Source: a virus (taxonomy: Duplodnaviria > Caudoviricetes). Taken from it: 64,000 nt of DNA. Each line of letters begins with the position of its first letter. The stretch's first letter is position 1. The notes under the pieces were generated by a model. The model searched no databases, was not told where the DNA came from, and saw only the letters and a list, made by a program, of their open reading frames with translations. Of the stretch, positions 40,046 to 49,716 are shown piece after piece. The position numbers and the translations under genes were made by a program. The stretch lies in the IMG/VR virus record IMGVR_UViG_3300028392_002123. The stretch is one strand, 5' to 3'.

Positions 40046-42049
40046 TTAAGCCTCTAATGGTAGGTATGTTATTGCCACTGTAATAGCAGTAGTGCTATTG
40101 CTGTTGTTGGTAATTTTTAAATATGCACTAGCGTTTGGTATTGGGTCATTGTTAAACCCTATTACAGCTGGAGTGAAATATGTTGTAGTAGCTGTCGTTG
40201 AAATTGTTTCTGCTAGAACACCACTACCTGGAGTTGGATCTGTTGATATAGTTCTACTAGCATCTGCTGTTCTTGCGGCTAGACTAGAATATACAGTGAC
40301 CCATGCCCCAGCAGTGACTTGTATGCTATACAAAGCATAACCAGTGGCAGCGGTCACTAATGTACTATAACTGGCTCCAGGAGCAAGACTTGGTGAGGCA
40401 TACGACACAGTTCTTCTACTTAATAAGTTATTTGAACGAGTAGTATTAACCCATTGCTGTGTATTGCCGTTGTATGTTAAATATTGTCCATCGGCTACTT
40501 GTGTAAGTGTTACATCTAATAATTCATCTAATACTGATGGAATAGTTGGTTTATTTGTTAAGTTATTGTAATTAATACCAGCTGTTGGACTGCTAAATGT
40601 AATTCCGCCAGTTGAGTCACCACCAAGTACAACTGTAGATCCTGCCGCACCCATTATGTGTACATCGCCGGTGCTAGCAATTTGAATTCCACTACTACCA
40701 ATGGTTATGTTTTGCGCCGCAACTTGTCCAAACGATACTGTAGTATCATCCTTGAGAATAAAGAAATCGCCTGGCGCAAGTTTTGATGTATCTGCAACAA
40801 CCGGTTTATTGCTTAAATTATTATAATCTGTTGTTCCTGCAGGACCAGCATCACCTGTATCTCCTTTTGCGCCAGTGGCTCCTTGTGGGCCAGCAGGTCC
40901 TTGAATACCTTGTGGGCCAGTATTACCTGTATCCCCTTTTGGACCAATATCGCCTCGATCTCCTTTTGGACCAATATCGCCTTGATCGCCTTTTGGCCCA
41001 GTATCTCCCTTGTCACCTTTGAGGCCTTGCTCACCTCGCGGCCCGGCAACGCCTTGTGGACCTGGAGCTCCTTGAACACCAGTTGCACCAGTTGCACCAG
41101 TATCACCTTTTTGTCCTGTTACAGGGCCAACATCTGCCCATAAAGTTCCAGTCCATATCCATACATGTCCATTATATTCTGCAATGTATGCATCACCTAT
41201 AGCACCAGTATATGAATGATTTAAATTAGTGTAATCATATACAACACCCACTAATCTAGCAAATACTGCTTGTTGACCTTGTTCGCCACGTGGACCTGTG
41301 TCCCCTTGAGGCCCACGTTCTCCTTGTATGCCTCGAGGTCCTTGAATACCCTGCGGGCCCTGAGCACCATCTGCTCCAGCTGTACCCCTAGCACCGGCAA
41401 CTCCGCGTGGTCCCGGAGCTCCTTGGGGACCTTGCGGGCCGCGTGGCCCTTGTGCGCTGGCACTCCAGTGTAGATTTCCCCGGCCGTCGGTTGTTAGTAT
41501 ATTACCAGGCGAACCTCCGCCCAATCCAAGCATAGAAGCATCGTCGATGATAACACGACCCTGTGGATTTAAATATATATTACCATTGTCAAAGCTTTTT
41601 ATTACATTAATTTCTAATTCGCCGCCGGGCGCAATAGCCGCACGTCCTATTAGTCCATTGCCGTCATTGACTCCAAATACTAATCTGGATCTAATCATAC
41701 CCGGTCTGTCAGGATTATAACTGTCTAACAAAGGAGCTTCTATTTCATCGATAAATGTGGAAATAAAAGAAGCGCCTAGATATTGATGGCCATCAAAACC
41801 TTTGGTTATATATGAAGAAATAACATCGTTGGGTTCTAGTATTTTTGGATTGCCAATAGTTCCCCTGCTTCTCTTAGTCAATAAGGTTGCGCCTGTAGTT
41901 ATATTATCATCTATGCTTATAGTACTAACTAATGCGCCGGTACTGACGTCCCATTTTAACTCAGAATTAGCATTTTTTGACGGCGATAAATCTGTACCGT
42001 TATTAGCATACCAGCTTAGATCGCCCATAGTTCCGTTATAAATTGTCAC
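40046..42049 (-). CDS. Collagen-like fibre protein
   Basis: Two G-X-Y tracts separated by a WIWTGTLWADVGP knot; [12 protein letters not shown] repeats. Confidence 0.8.
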   Translation of the reverse strand: MTIYNGTMGDLSWYANNGTDLSPSKNANSELKWDVSTGALVSTISIDDNITTGATLLTKRSRGTIGNPKILEPNDVISSYITKGFDGHQYLGASFISTFIDEIEAPLLDSYNPDRPGMIRSRLVFGVNDGNGLIGRAAIAPGGELEINVIKSFDNGNIYLNPQGRVIIDDASMLGLGGGSPGNILTTDGRGNLHWSASAQGPRGPQGPQGAPGPRGVAGARGTAGADGAQGPQGIQGPRGIQGERGPQGDTGPRGEQGQQAVFARLVGVVYDYTNLNHSYTGAIGDAYIAEYNGHVWIWTGTLWADVGPVTGQKGDTGATGATGVQGAPGPQGVAGPRGEQGLKGDKGDTGPKGDQGDIGPKGDRGDIGPKGDTGNTGPQGIQGPAGPQGATGAKGDTGDAGPAGTTDYNNLSNKPVVADTSKLAPGDFFILKDDTTVSFGQVAAQNITIGSSGIQIASTGDVHIMGAAGSTVVLGGDSTGGITFSSPTAGINYNNLTNKPTIPSVLDELLDVTLTQVADGQYLTYNGNTQQWVNTTRSNNLLSRRTVSYASPSLAPGASYSTLVTAATGYALYSIQVTAGAWVTVYSSLAARTADASRTISTDPTPGSGVLAETISTTATTTYFTPAVIGFNNDPIPNASAYLKITNNSNSTTAITVAITYLPLEA

Positions 42050-42202
42050 GATGTTATCCTTATTATCAATTAATACATTAAGTACTTTATAGAACTATTT
42101 ACCAAAATTTTAGGTATAAAACTGGTTCTTTTTGATCATCGTGTAAATATCTTTGTGAAGCTGGTCCATAACAAGTCTAGTACTCCTTTAAGGAGAACAG
42201 AG

Positions 42203-42925
42203 ATGACTAAAAAGCAACGAAAGGTTCTTGCCCCGCAAGACCCTGCTACAGTTTTGCACATTGAAAAATTTAGAAAAAACAGACTACACAGAGTAGAGAT
42301 CATTCCGAAAAACCTCAGACAAGAAGACTATCTTGTAGAACTCGAGGACAATAATAAACACATAGTATTTGCAATAGGCCCAGCTGGCACGGGTAAAACC
42401 CTGCTGGCGTGTTTACTTGCGATTCGTGAGTTTAAAGCGGGTAATATAGATAAAATTGTTATCACTAGACCCGCAGTTAGTGTTGATGAACAACACGGAT
42501 TTTTACCAGGCACTTTAATAGAAAAAATGGCACCTTGGACACGCCCTATTTTTGACGTGTTCGAAGAATATTGGAATCCCAAACACATTGAAAATATGAT
42601 TGAGGAAAATGCCATCGAAGTTGCTCCACTGGCCTACATGAGAGGAAGGACTTTCAAAAATGCCATCATCATAGCAGACGAAATGCAGAATGCAACCCCA
42701 AGCCAAATGAAGATGTTGCTGACACGCATAGGAGACGGAAGTAGAATCTTCGTCACTGGCGATCTAGCACAACATGACAGAGGCTATGAAGAAAACGGAC
42801 TACGAGACTTTATACATCGATTAGCTAGTTCACGAACTAGTATGATTGGATGCGTAGAGTTTGAACAGCAGGATGTCGAACGTCATGCTGTAGTAGCCGA
42901 GGTATTGAAAATTTACGGCGAATAA
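42203..42925 (+). CDS. phoH: PhoH family ATPase
   Basis: GPAGTGKT, ITRPAV, GFLPG, LAYMRGRTF, DEMQN, LTRIG and GDLAQHD motifs. Start MTKK with GGAG RBS. Confidence 0.93.
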   Translation: MTKKQRKVLAPQDPATVLHIEKFRKNRLHRVEIIPKNLRQEDYLVELEDNNKHIVFAIGPAGTGKTLLACLLAIREFKAGNIDKIVITRPAVSVDEQHGFLPGTLIEKMAPWTRPIFDVFEEYWNPKHIENMIEENAIEVAPLAYMRGRTFKNAIIIADEMQNATPSQMKMLLTRIGDGSRIFVTGDLAQHDRGYEENGLRDFIHRLASSRTSMIGCVEFEQQDVERHAVVAEVLKIYGE

Positions 42926-42928
42926 GTA

Positions 42929-43522
42929 TTAGGCAACTGGACCAGCTACCACTATTTCGTAGATTTCTTTCCAATTCTTTACCCTAGGAATTTCTGGATG
43001 TTCAAAGTCCATGTTATGTCCGTGTTCCATTAGAATTGATTTCAAACCTACACGATTGCCGGCAACAGCATTGTCTATTTTATCTTCAATCCAGTAATAT
43101 CCTCGATCTTGATATTTTGACAAAACTGCATCCTTATCAGCACCAGTGTCTAAAAAGATAAATTTGTCAAAGGCAGTTTTTCCAAATAGCTTCTTAAGGT
43201 TCATTTTTCGTAGCTCTTGTGCATTTTTATCTTTGCTTAGACTAGTTATACAATGAAATACATAACCATGCTCTTCATGCAATCGTTTAATATAATACAT
43301 GGCATCACGTAAAGGAGGAAGAAATCCTATACTTGCAGATTCATTGAAGATCTTAATTAATTTTTTACCTTGTTCTCGATCGATTCCATATCTTAGTCCG
43401 ATATCGTATTTTAATTCTCCGCCTTGAACTTTGTTAAAACCATGTGTTTGTAAATAGATATCAAAGGCATATTCCCAGTCTAGTAGTACGCCATCTGCAT
43501 CGGTTAATATAATCTTATTCAC
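42929..43522 (-). CDS. HAD-family 5'-nucleotidase-like protein
   Basis: LTDADGVLLDW (DxDG) and WIEDK motifs. Confidence 0.75.
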   Translation of the reverse strand: MNKIILTDADGVLLDWEYAFDIYLQTHGFNKVQGGELKYDIGLRYGIDREQGKKLIKIFNESASIGFLPPLRDAMYYIKRLHEEHGYVFHCITSLSKDKNAQELRKMNLKKLFGKTAFDKFIFLDTGADKDAVLSKYQDRGYYWIEDKIDNAVAGNRVGLKSILMEHGHNMDFEHPEIPRVKNWKEIYEIVVAGPVA

Positions 43523-44463
43523 GTTAGTCCTCTACGTAGTCTGTCAAGTTTAACAATGGTAGCACTTAGGTTAATTTCCGGATCTGAACACATGCTGTGA
43601 TTCACCATACCTTCTTTGAGAATGATAATAGCCAAATCTTGTACATCCAAGTCGTCACTCCAGAAATTTAAATTACGGAATAAGAATTTAAAAACTTCTT
43701 CGTATTCTTCAAGGCCAATCTTTTTACAGATCATTTCTCTGGCTTGACGAATATTTCCATTTTGAAACATAGCAATAGCTTCTAGCTTCCATTCGCTGGT
43801 ATCAGTGCCAGAGCCTGCATTAGGCAATACCAGTGTGCCACCTCGACTATACTGTTGTGCTGTGTTAATTGCTTTGCGTAAATCTGGATAGGTTGCTTTA
43901 ACAAAACTGGTCAAAGTATCTACATCAAACTCACAGCCTTCGTCTGCTAAAATCTGTCCCACACGCACAGTGAATTCTGTTTCATCTAGCTGATGGAATG
44001 CAAAGCCCTGACATCTGCTGTGTAGTGCAGGCATGATTTTATGCGGCATATTACAGGTAAGAATAAAACGTGCCACCATGCTGTATTGTTCTAGCATGCC
44101 ACGCAATACTCCCTGTGCCGTTGGACTTAGATAGTCTGCTTCGTCTAGAATAATAACACGATAATCGCCAAAGGCCATGCTCTTACAAAAGTTACTGACT
44201 TTGTCACGAAGATTTTCTGCTCCTGTTTCGTGACTGGCATTAATGAACATGATGTCAGCACGTTGTACACCTAGCTCGTTGCATAGAACTTTGGCCAGTG
44301 TAGTTTTGCCTGTTCCTGGACTGCCGCTTAACAGTAAATGAGGAATATTTTTATCTTGAATCCAACCCTCAACCATGAGTTTTTGGCTGGGATCAATCCA
44401 AACGTAATCTTTAATAGTGGCGGGTCTATATTTCTCGACCCAGAGATAGTTTTGTGAAGTCAT
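43519..44463 (-). CDS. Clamp loader small subunit (RFC / T4 gp44-like)
   Basis: LWVEKYRP, GSPGTGKTT, INAS, ILDEAD, SRC and YPDLRKAIN motifs. Confidence 0.92.
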   Translation of the reverse strand: MTSQNYLWVEKYRPATIKDYVWIDPSQKLMVEGWIQDKNIPHLLLSGSPGTGKTTLAKVLCNELGVQRADIMFINASHETGAENLRDKVSNFCKSMAFGDYRVIILDEADYLSPTAQGVLRGMLEQYSMVARFILTCNMPHKIMPALHSRCQGFAFHQLDETEFTVRVGQILADEGCEFDVDTLTSFVKATYPDLRKAINTAQQYSRGGTLVLPNAGSGTDTSEWKLEAIAMFQNGNIRQAREMICKKIGLEEYEEVFKFLFRNLNFWSDDLDVQDLAIIILKEGMVNHSMCSDPEINLSATIVKLDRLRRGLT

Positions 44464-44499
44464 GTTTTATTATAAAGGATTTAAAGGGAAATGTCAATT

Positions 44500-44871
44500 T
44501 TAGCGAGCGCCAAAATCTTCGGGGCGATGAGCAGAACTGCTCGTGTCAAAACTTTCGCCAAACATTGTATCATCGGGTTTTTCCGGAGCAACTGCTAGGA
44601 TACCTTCGGGATCAATTTTTTGGAATTTGAATACTTTGCCATTGTCGTCTTTGATTTCAATGGTCATAGTCCAGCGGCCGTGTTCGCAGAGAATCCAATC
44701 GTCGGCCTTGACATCTGTGATATCATCTGCTACTTGCCATACTCGACCCCAGCGTGGGCGAATACCTTCTAATTTACCATTATCGTCTTTGAGAATGATA
44801 CCACTTTTGGTAACACGCTCGCCTTGTTCTAGTACAGCAAATATATTGCCTGGTAATGGTTTAATTTTCAT
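44500..44871 (-). CDS. GroES-like co-chaperonin
   Basis: IKPLPGNI..TKSGIIL..RWGRVWQV pattern. Confidence 0.7.
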   Translation of the reverse strand: MKIKPLPGNIFAVLEQGERVTKSGIILKDDNGKLEGIRPRWGRVWQVADDITDVKADDWILCEHGRWTMTIEIKDDNGKVFKFQKIDPEGILAVAPEKPDDTMFGESFDTSSSAHRPEDFGAR

Positions 44872-45216
44872 TTAAAATTCCTTGTTTGTATTTCTTGCGT
44901 CTAGTTCTGTGAGATATTCTACACTACCGTCGCTGTAAGTAACTTCTGTTCTAGTAATCCCATCAATGCCAACTACTTCTCTGCGTTTTATTTCTGTTTG
45001 AGAAGGATTTAAATTTACTGTTGTTGATGCAGTCATATTAGCATCATGGAACTTATTTGCAATTTCCTGCGCTGTTGCTACAATCTTTCCTCCAGCGCCT
45101 AACATATCACCACGTGCATTTCTAGGTGCGTTGCCCACTGCGGTTGTTGTGCCTCTGGATGCAGAGAATGCCTGCATGTTAAATTCTCTCCCTTTGGCTG
45201 TTCTGTGTTTGCTCAT
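44872..45216 (-). CDS. Hypothetical protein
   Basis: ORF track, in operon. Confidence 0.55.
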   Translation of the reverse strand: MSKHRTAKGREFNMQAFSASRGTTTAVGNAPRNARGDMLGAGGKIVATAQEIANKFHDANMTASTTVNLNPSQTEIKRREVVGIDGITRTEVTYSDGSVEYLTELDARNTNKEF

Positions 45217-45686
45217 TTTAAAAATTCCTTAATGTCTAAATTATATTTAAGACTGTTGACTCTGTGTATGCCCAGCAAATACAAACAATAACTGGCCACA
45301 CTACTGCCTCGTCCGACTCCATAGATAACATCATTTAATATAATAACTTCGCTGAAGTATGCTAAAAATCTTAATAGGTCAAACAAATCTCTTTCTTCGA
45401 ATAATTCTAATTCTTCATTGACCCGATTAACTTGATCTTGATTACTACATTTATCCAGCAAAAATTGTTTTATATCCAAGCTTTTATAAGGCTCGGGTAT
45501 ATTCCAAGATAAGTTATCTTCTGCCAGTGTAAATGGATTAGTCAATTTATTAGACTTACAATTTTTATCAAACTGATTCCACATTGAAATATTACTGGGC
45601 AATATTTTTACTTGCCTTTGTTCTAATAACAATTCCACTAGGTCGTCGTCGCTGACAAAAGCAAATCCCTGTTCATTTAGAAACAT
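45213..45686 (-). CDS. Stand-alone fragment homologous to DNA polymerase III alpha (DnaE)
   Basis: RVNEELELF..LLRFL..YGVGRGSSVASYCLYLLGIHRVNSLKYNL matches the DnaE GxGRGS region. Start taken at MFLNEQG. Confidence 0.75.
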   Translation of the reverse strand: MFLNEQGFAFVSDDDLVELLLEQRQVKILPSNISMWNQFDKNCKSNKLTNPFTLAEDNLSWNIPEPYKSLDIKQFLLDKCSNQDQVNRVNEELELFEERDLFDLLRFLAYFSEVIILNDVIYGVGRGSSVASYCLYLLGIHRVNSLKYNLDIKEFLK

Positions 45687-45687
45687 A

Positions 45688-45909
45688 TTATCCGATGCTA
45701 ATGAAGTTGTCAAATTTATCATCTGGGTTATTTGTATTTTGTACTTGTCTGAGTTCAAATTGAGCAAGACGGCACTCTTCTAACATAAAGTTGAACTGGC
45801 CAAGAATTTGTGGATTTGCGCCAGCTCTTATTGCAACGTTTAGTTTTTTCAAAAGAGTTTTTTCTTGCTCTATTAAAGAATTTAGTTTAGTTTGATATTC
45901 GTCGGCCAT
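45688..45909 (-). CDS. Small coiled-coil hypothetical protein
   Basis: ORF track. Confidence 0.5.
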   Translation of the reverse strand: MADEYQTKLNSLIEQEKTLLKKLNVAIRAGANPQILGQFNFMLEECRLAQFELRQVQNTNNPDDKFDNFISIG

Positions 45910-46236
45910 TTAAAAATTCACGCTTAATCCACAACCGCAGGATCCTTTTATGTTGGGATTAACAATAGTTAACTTACTGTTAAGTCCATCTTTTTGCATA
46001 ACTATCATACTTGCAAACATCTTATCTGCTGTGGATTTATTCAAGTATAACATATTGTCCTGCGTAAGTCTAATACTAAATTCACCAGTTTCTTCGTCTG
46101 TGGTAGTCCATCGATATTCATAACCATTACAGCCGCCATCAACTAGCTCTAAGTGAACGTGTTTCTTCCCGTCATTTTTGATCATGTCAGAAATATACTT
46201 TGCGGCCGCTGTGGTTACTTCAATAGGATGAATCAT
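45910..46236 (-). CDS. A-type Fe-S carrier (IscA/SufA/ErpA family)
   Basis: GGCNGYEY and NPNIKGSCGCGLS (CxGC) motifs. Confidence 0.85.
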   Translation of the reverse strand: MIHPIEVTTAAAKYISDMIKNDGKKHVHLELVDGGCNGYEYRWTTTDEETGEFSIRLTQDNMLYLNKSTADKMFASMIVMQKDGLNSKLTIVNPNIKGSCGCGLSVNF

Positions 46237-46541
46237 GATTTTAATAGAACTTTGATTAAATCTGCTTTAACTGCACGAGCCTTAACTTCAAGTCCACGCT
46301 CTTGTGCCAGTGCCAATAATTCAGCTTTGGTTTTCTTTTCCAAATCTGCTTTCTTAAAACTAGGTTTAACTTCTAGTACAGTTGTTGTAACCGCTTCTGC
46401 TTTTTCAACAGGAAGAACTACAGGTACATCTGCAACGGCTGTTGGAACAACAGCAACTTCAACTTTATACGGTGCTTCTGGAGCCGTAGGTGTTTCAGCG
46501 GTCTTCGCGCCAAATATCCATGTCATCATTTTCTTGATCAT
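46233..46541 (-). CDS. Hypothetical protein with C-terminal SAP/Rho-N-like helix pair
   Basis: LEKKTKAELLALAQERGL..KADLIKVL. Confidence 0.5.
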   Translation of the reverse strand: MIKKMMTWIFGAKTAETPTAPEAPYKVEVAVVPTAVADVPVVLPVEKAEAVTTTVLEVKPSFKKADLEKKTKAELLALAQERGLEVKARAVKADLIKVLLKS

Positions 46542-46860
46542 AATTATAAATTCCCATTTCTAGTCTAGATTCTTCGCTGATCCTGTCCGGTGTCCAAGCA
46601 GGATCAAAGACTACATCTAATGATGTTGTTCTACTTGTATTTAACATCGTACAAGCATTTTCTACCTGCAGCCGTACTTCAGCGGGTATTTCTTCAGCAC
46701 TTGGACAGAAAGCACTGGTCAATGTCATTATAATTTTAACGTCGGTGTCGGTTACTGTTAACTCGTAAAACAGTCCCAAGTCCCATATATTAACTGGAAT
46801 TTCAGGATCGTGAACTGTTTTTATATTTTCAATAATTTGTTCTCGGAGTTGATCATTCAT
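46495..46860 (-). CDS. DUF59/SufT-like Fe-S assembly protein
   Basis: VHDPEIPVNIWDLGL, MTLTSAFCP and VFDPAWTPDRIS motifs. Confidence 0.88.
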   Translation of the reverse strand: MNDQLREQIIENIKTVHDPEIPVNIWDLGLFYELTVTDTDVKIIMTLTSAFCPSAEEIPAEVRLQVENACTMLNTSRTTSLDVVFDPAWTPDRISEESRLEMGIYNYDQENDDMDIWREDR

Positions 46861-47264
46861 AGTGTTTTCATTTTCTCCAGGAGATTGGCTACTCCGTTTT
46901 GTCTACCCATGGACAGCAATGGTGCTAGTCCAATCTGTTCCAGTGATTTGATGCTAAAGCTTTGTCTTTGATTATTGTCTGCTTGATTATACCAATCGCA
47001 GATCATCGACGCAATACCTTGTACGATTAAACTTTCCCCGTAGCAGTAAAAATTATTATCTATACGCTCTAGCCATAGGTTACTAGTACATCCTTTAACC
47101 AAATTAGATTCTAGTAATTCCACTTGGAACGCAGGCCTAGCTATTGCTCCATATTCAATGATCCAATCATATTTGTCCAGTGATTCTTCTAGGTCGAATA
47201 AATCACTAAACATGTCTCGAAAGTCTAGCATAGATTCCTCCCAGTTTATCGAATACTGTTTCAA
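46857..47264 (-). CDS. sufE: SufE-like sulfur acceptor
   Basis: LVKGCTSNLW, ESLIVQG and LSMGRQNG motifs. Confidence 0.8.
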   Translation of the reverse strand: MKQYSINWEESMLDFRDMFSDLFDLEESLDKYDWIIEYGAIARPAFQVELLESNLVKGCTSNLWLERIDNNFYCYGESLIVQGIASMICDWYNQADNNQRQSFSIKSLEQIGLAPLLSMGRQNGVANLLEKMKTL

Positions 47265-48393
47265 TTTCCGAATATGTAGTATAACATGCCCAACTAATTC
47301 TCAACATGCCAGTTGTACCCAGGGCAGTTAATAATGGCTGAGCACATAATTTACCACTGCGAACCATTATATTGCTAGCATCCAGCATCATGGCATAATC
47401 CTCTACTTGACCAAATTTAGGTATTAAACTAATTAGGCCACTGTCACATTGTGATGTTGCAATAAACTGCTCCGATGATATATGATCATTAACAAATGAT
47501 GCCATGGTACGATCGTGTGATTCTATTTCTGTTTGATTGGCCATTAACCAATCGATTAATTTAGGCAAGGTATATATGGCCGCAAGATTTTGTGTGCCAC
47601 TTTCAAATCTAGAAGCATCCTGAGTCCATGTAGCACCAGTATTGCTGACATTAAGTACAGAGCCGCCACCCGGATGCACAGGCGGATACAACTTCCATAT
47701 AGGATCAATTAATAATGTACCTAATCCTGTGGGCCCATATATTTTATGCCACGACCATGCAACAAAATCAAAGCCATTATAGTCGATGTTACGTTTGCTG
47801 ATAATTTGTGCGGCATCGATTACAGTTGTGCAGGCATAGGTATGTGCTATTTTTTTAATTCTATCCAAGTCATTGACTTTGCCTAATACATTGCTGACAG
47901 CACTGACTGCAATAATTTTACAACCTGCAGAATCTTGTTTGACCTGTTGTTCTAATGCGTCTAAATCTAGTAGTCCAGTGGGATCTAAGTTAATGTCAAT
48001 GATATTCCATCGTCCGGCATCCAGAGCCAATTGTCTAAAAGGTAATGTCAAACTATGGTGACTGTCGATTCCTAGATAGATATTACCACCTATCATGGCA
48101 TTATTAATTAGTTGCACAGCATCATATAAACCTTGACTGGTACCGCTGTTGAAAACAACACGATCACAGGGATCTTTTATGCCCAGCCATTCGCCTATTC
48201 GAATTTTAGATTTAGAATATTCCAAGTCTATTAGTGTACCCATACTGTGTCCACTACGATGAGCATTGGATTTAAATTCCAACATAAAATCTCGCTGATC
48301 ATCTGCAACGGAATAATATGTTTGACTAGTGGCCGCAGAATCCAAATATACTATGTCTGGTCTGCGTTTAAAAAATGGAAAATTTTCACGCAT
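47206..48393 (-). CDS. sufS: Cysteine desulfurase, SufS-like
   Basis: YLDSAATSQ, SNAHRS, IDAAQ, SWHKIYGPTG (PLP Lys), FESGT and RSGKLCAQP (catalytic Cys) motifs. Confidence 0.88.
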   Translation of the reverse strand: MRENFPFFKRRPDIVYLDSAATSQTYYSVADDQRDFMLEFKSNAHRSGHSMGTLIDLEYSKSKIRIGEWLGIKDPCDRVVFNSGTSQGLYDAVQLINNAMIGGNIYLGIDSHHSLTLPFRQLALDAGRWNIIDINLDPTGLLDLDALEQQVKQDSAGCKIIAVSAVSNVLGKVNDLDRIKKIAHTYACTTVIDAAQIISKRNIDYNGFDFVAWSWHKIYGPTGLGTLLIDPIWKLYPPVHPGGGSVLNVSNTGATWTQDASRFESGTQNLAAIYTLPKLIDWLMANQTEIESHDRTMASFVNDHISSEQFIATSQCDSGLISLIPKFGQVEDYAMMLDASNIMVRSGKLCAQPLLTALGTTGMLRISWACYTTYSEIETVFDKLGGIYARLSRHV

Positions 48394-48847
48394 TATCTAA
48401 TAAACTCTGTTTAATCATTTCTTTGTAATCAACAATACCTCTACTGCTGAGGTAATACTTATCTTCTGCTTTTAGTGTTCCTAGTGCATTGCCATGTGTT
48501 GCAATGATATTACTGTTGGCAATAAACATTTCTGGCCTTGCTTTGATAACACTTTTGTCAAAGGGCCAACTGCGAATTTGAATGTCAGTTTCAACCCCTT
48601 CTACATCCTTGGGTACTATTAAATTACAAACACAGTCCACTGAAGCTTTATTTTCTGCAAATACATATATTTTTATTTTGCTTTTACTAAAGGGCAGTGG
48701 ATCTATTTTGATATTAGCTGTACACGATCCTTTAGTCTGAATAATATAAATGTCAATGGTCTGTAACTTTTCCGTGGAAAAGGTAGTAAAATGCATGTCG
48801 ATATTTTCCATGTCTTCGCAGACACGTTTAACGTTTAATAGACCCAT
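48386..48847 (-). CDS. Short SufD-like protein (C-terminal beta-helix part only)
   Basis: RPEMFIA..ATHG..G..YYLSSRGI resembles the SufBD C-terminus. 153 aa, located between sufC and sufS. Confidence 0.6.
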   Translation of the reverse strand: MGLLNVKRVCEDMENIDMHFTTFSTEKLQTIDIYIIQTKGSCTANIKIDPLPFSKSKIKIYVFAENKASVDCVCNLIVPKDVEGVETDIQIRSWPFDKSVIKARPEMFIANSNIIATHGNALGTLKAEDKYYLSSRGIVDYKEMIKQSLLDNA

Positions 48848-49490
48848 TGCTTAATTCTATTTGATTACTGCTGTATAAATCTTGTAGTTCTTTGTCATGT
48901 GTTACTAATAACACACAGCCGTTATTTCTAATTTCTGTGACTAAATTAATAATTTTTTCTCTACTAGATTGTTCTAGGCCAGAATCTGGTTCATCTAGTA
49001 AAAGAACCTTGATACCATTTTTAAGTAATACTACCTGTGCTAACTCGTTTTTCTTACGTTCGCCGCCGCTGGCACCGTCATTGAACGGCCGCTTCTCCCA
49101 GCCTGCGGGCAGGCCAATCCAATTGAATATTGATTTAGTAATTTTAATTAATTCACTGGTGCTACCTGCTACGTTTTGAGATTTTTGTATTTCTTTAAAC
49201 AGAGTCATGGTATTAACACCATTTATAGTCGGAGGCGCTTGATGAGACATAAAAACTCCACCACGGCTTCTTTCATAGCAGGGCAAGTCCAACAATTCTT
49301 TGTCTCCTAGTTGAATACTGCCTGTGGCTGTAATGTCTGGTCTTCCCATGATGGTGTGCAACAATGTACTTTTTCCACTGCCGTTTGATCCTGTGATTAG
49401 CAGACATTCTCCGTAATTTACAGTCACGGATAGATTGGAAATAATTTCCTTGTCTCCAATTTTAGCTGACAGATTTTTTATTGTTAACAT
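48828..49490 (-). CDS. sufC: Fe-S assembly ABC ATPase SufC
   Basis: GSNGSGKSTL, FNDGASGGERKKNE and LLDEPDSGL motifs. Confidence 0.85.
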   Translation of the reverse strand: MLTIKNLSAKIGDKEIISNLSVTVNYGECLLITGSNGSGKSTLLHTIMGRPDITATGSIQLGDKELLDLPCYERSRGGVFMSHQAPPTINGVNTMTLFKEIQKSQNVAGSTSELIKITKSIFNWIGLPAGWEKRPFNDGASGGERKKNELAQVVLLKNGIKVLLLDEPDSGLEQSSREKIINLVTEIRNNGCVLLVTHDKELQDLYSSNQIELSNGSIKR

Positions 49491-49716
49491 TAATTTTATT
49501 TTCTTCTAGTACAGGCGCAATTCTTTCCAACTCTTCTGGGTGAGCATAACGCACTTCTTTCATACCCGACCAACTATCTTCGGTGAAAACTCTCACGGGT
49601 TTCCAATATTTGTGTACAATATTATTCACTATAACTATAGCAATAACAAACACAATAAAGCCCAAGGCTGTTAGTATACTTCCGGCTAAAAATACTGCCG
49701 CTTGATCCATATCCAT
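49462..49716 (-). CDS. Small membrane protein
   Basis: One hydrophobic segment, inserted between sufB and sufC. Confidence 0.5.
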   Translation of the reverse strand: MDMDQAAVFLAGSILTALGFIVFVIAIVIVNNIVHKYWKPVRVFTEDSWSGMKEVRYAHPEELERIAPVLEENKINVNNKKSVS

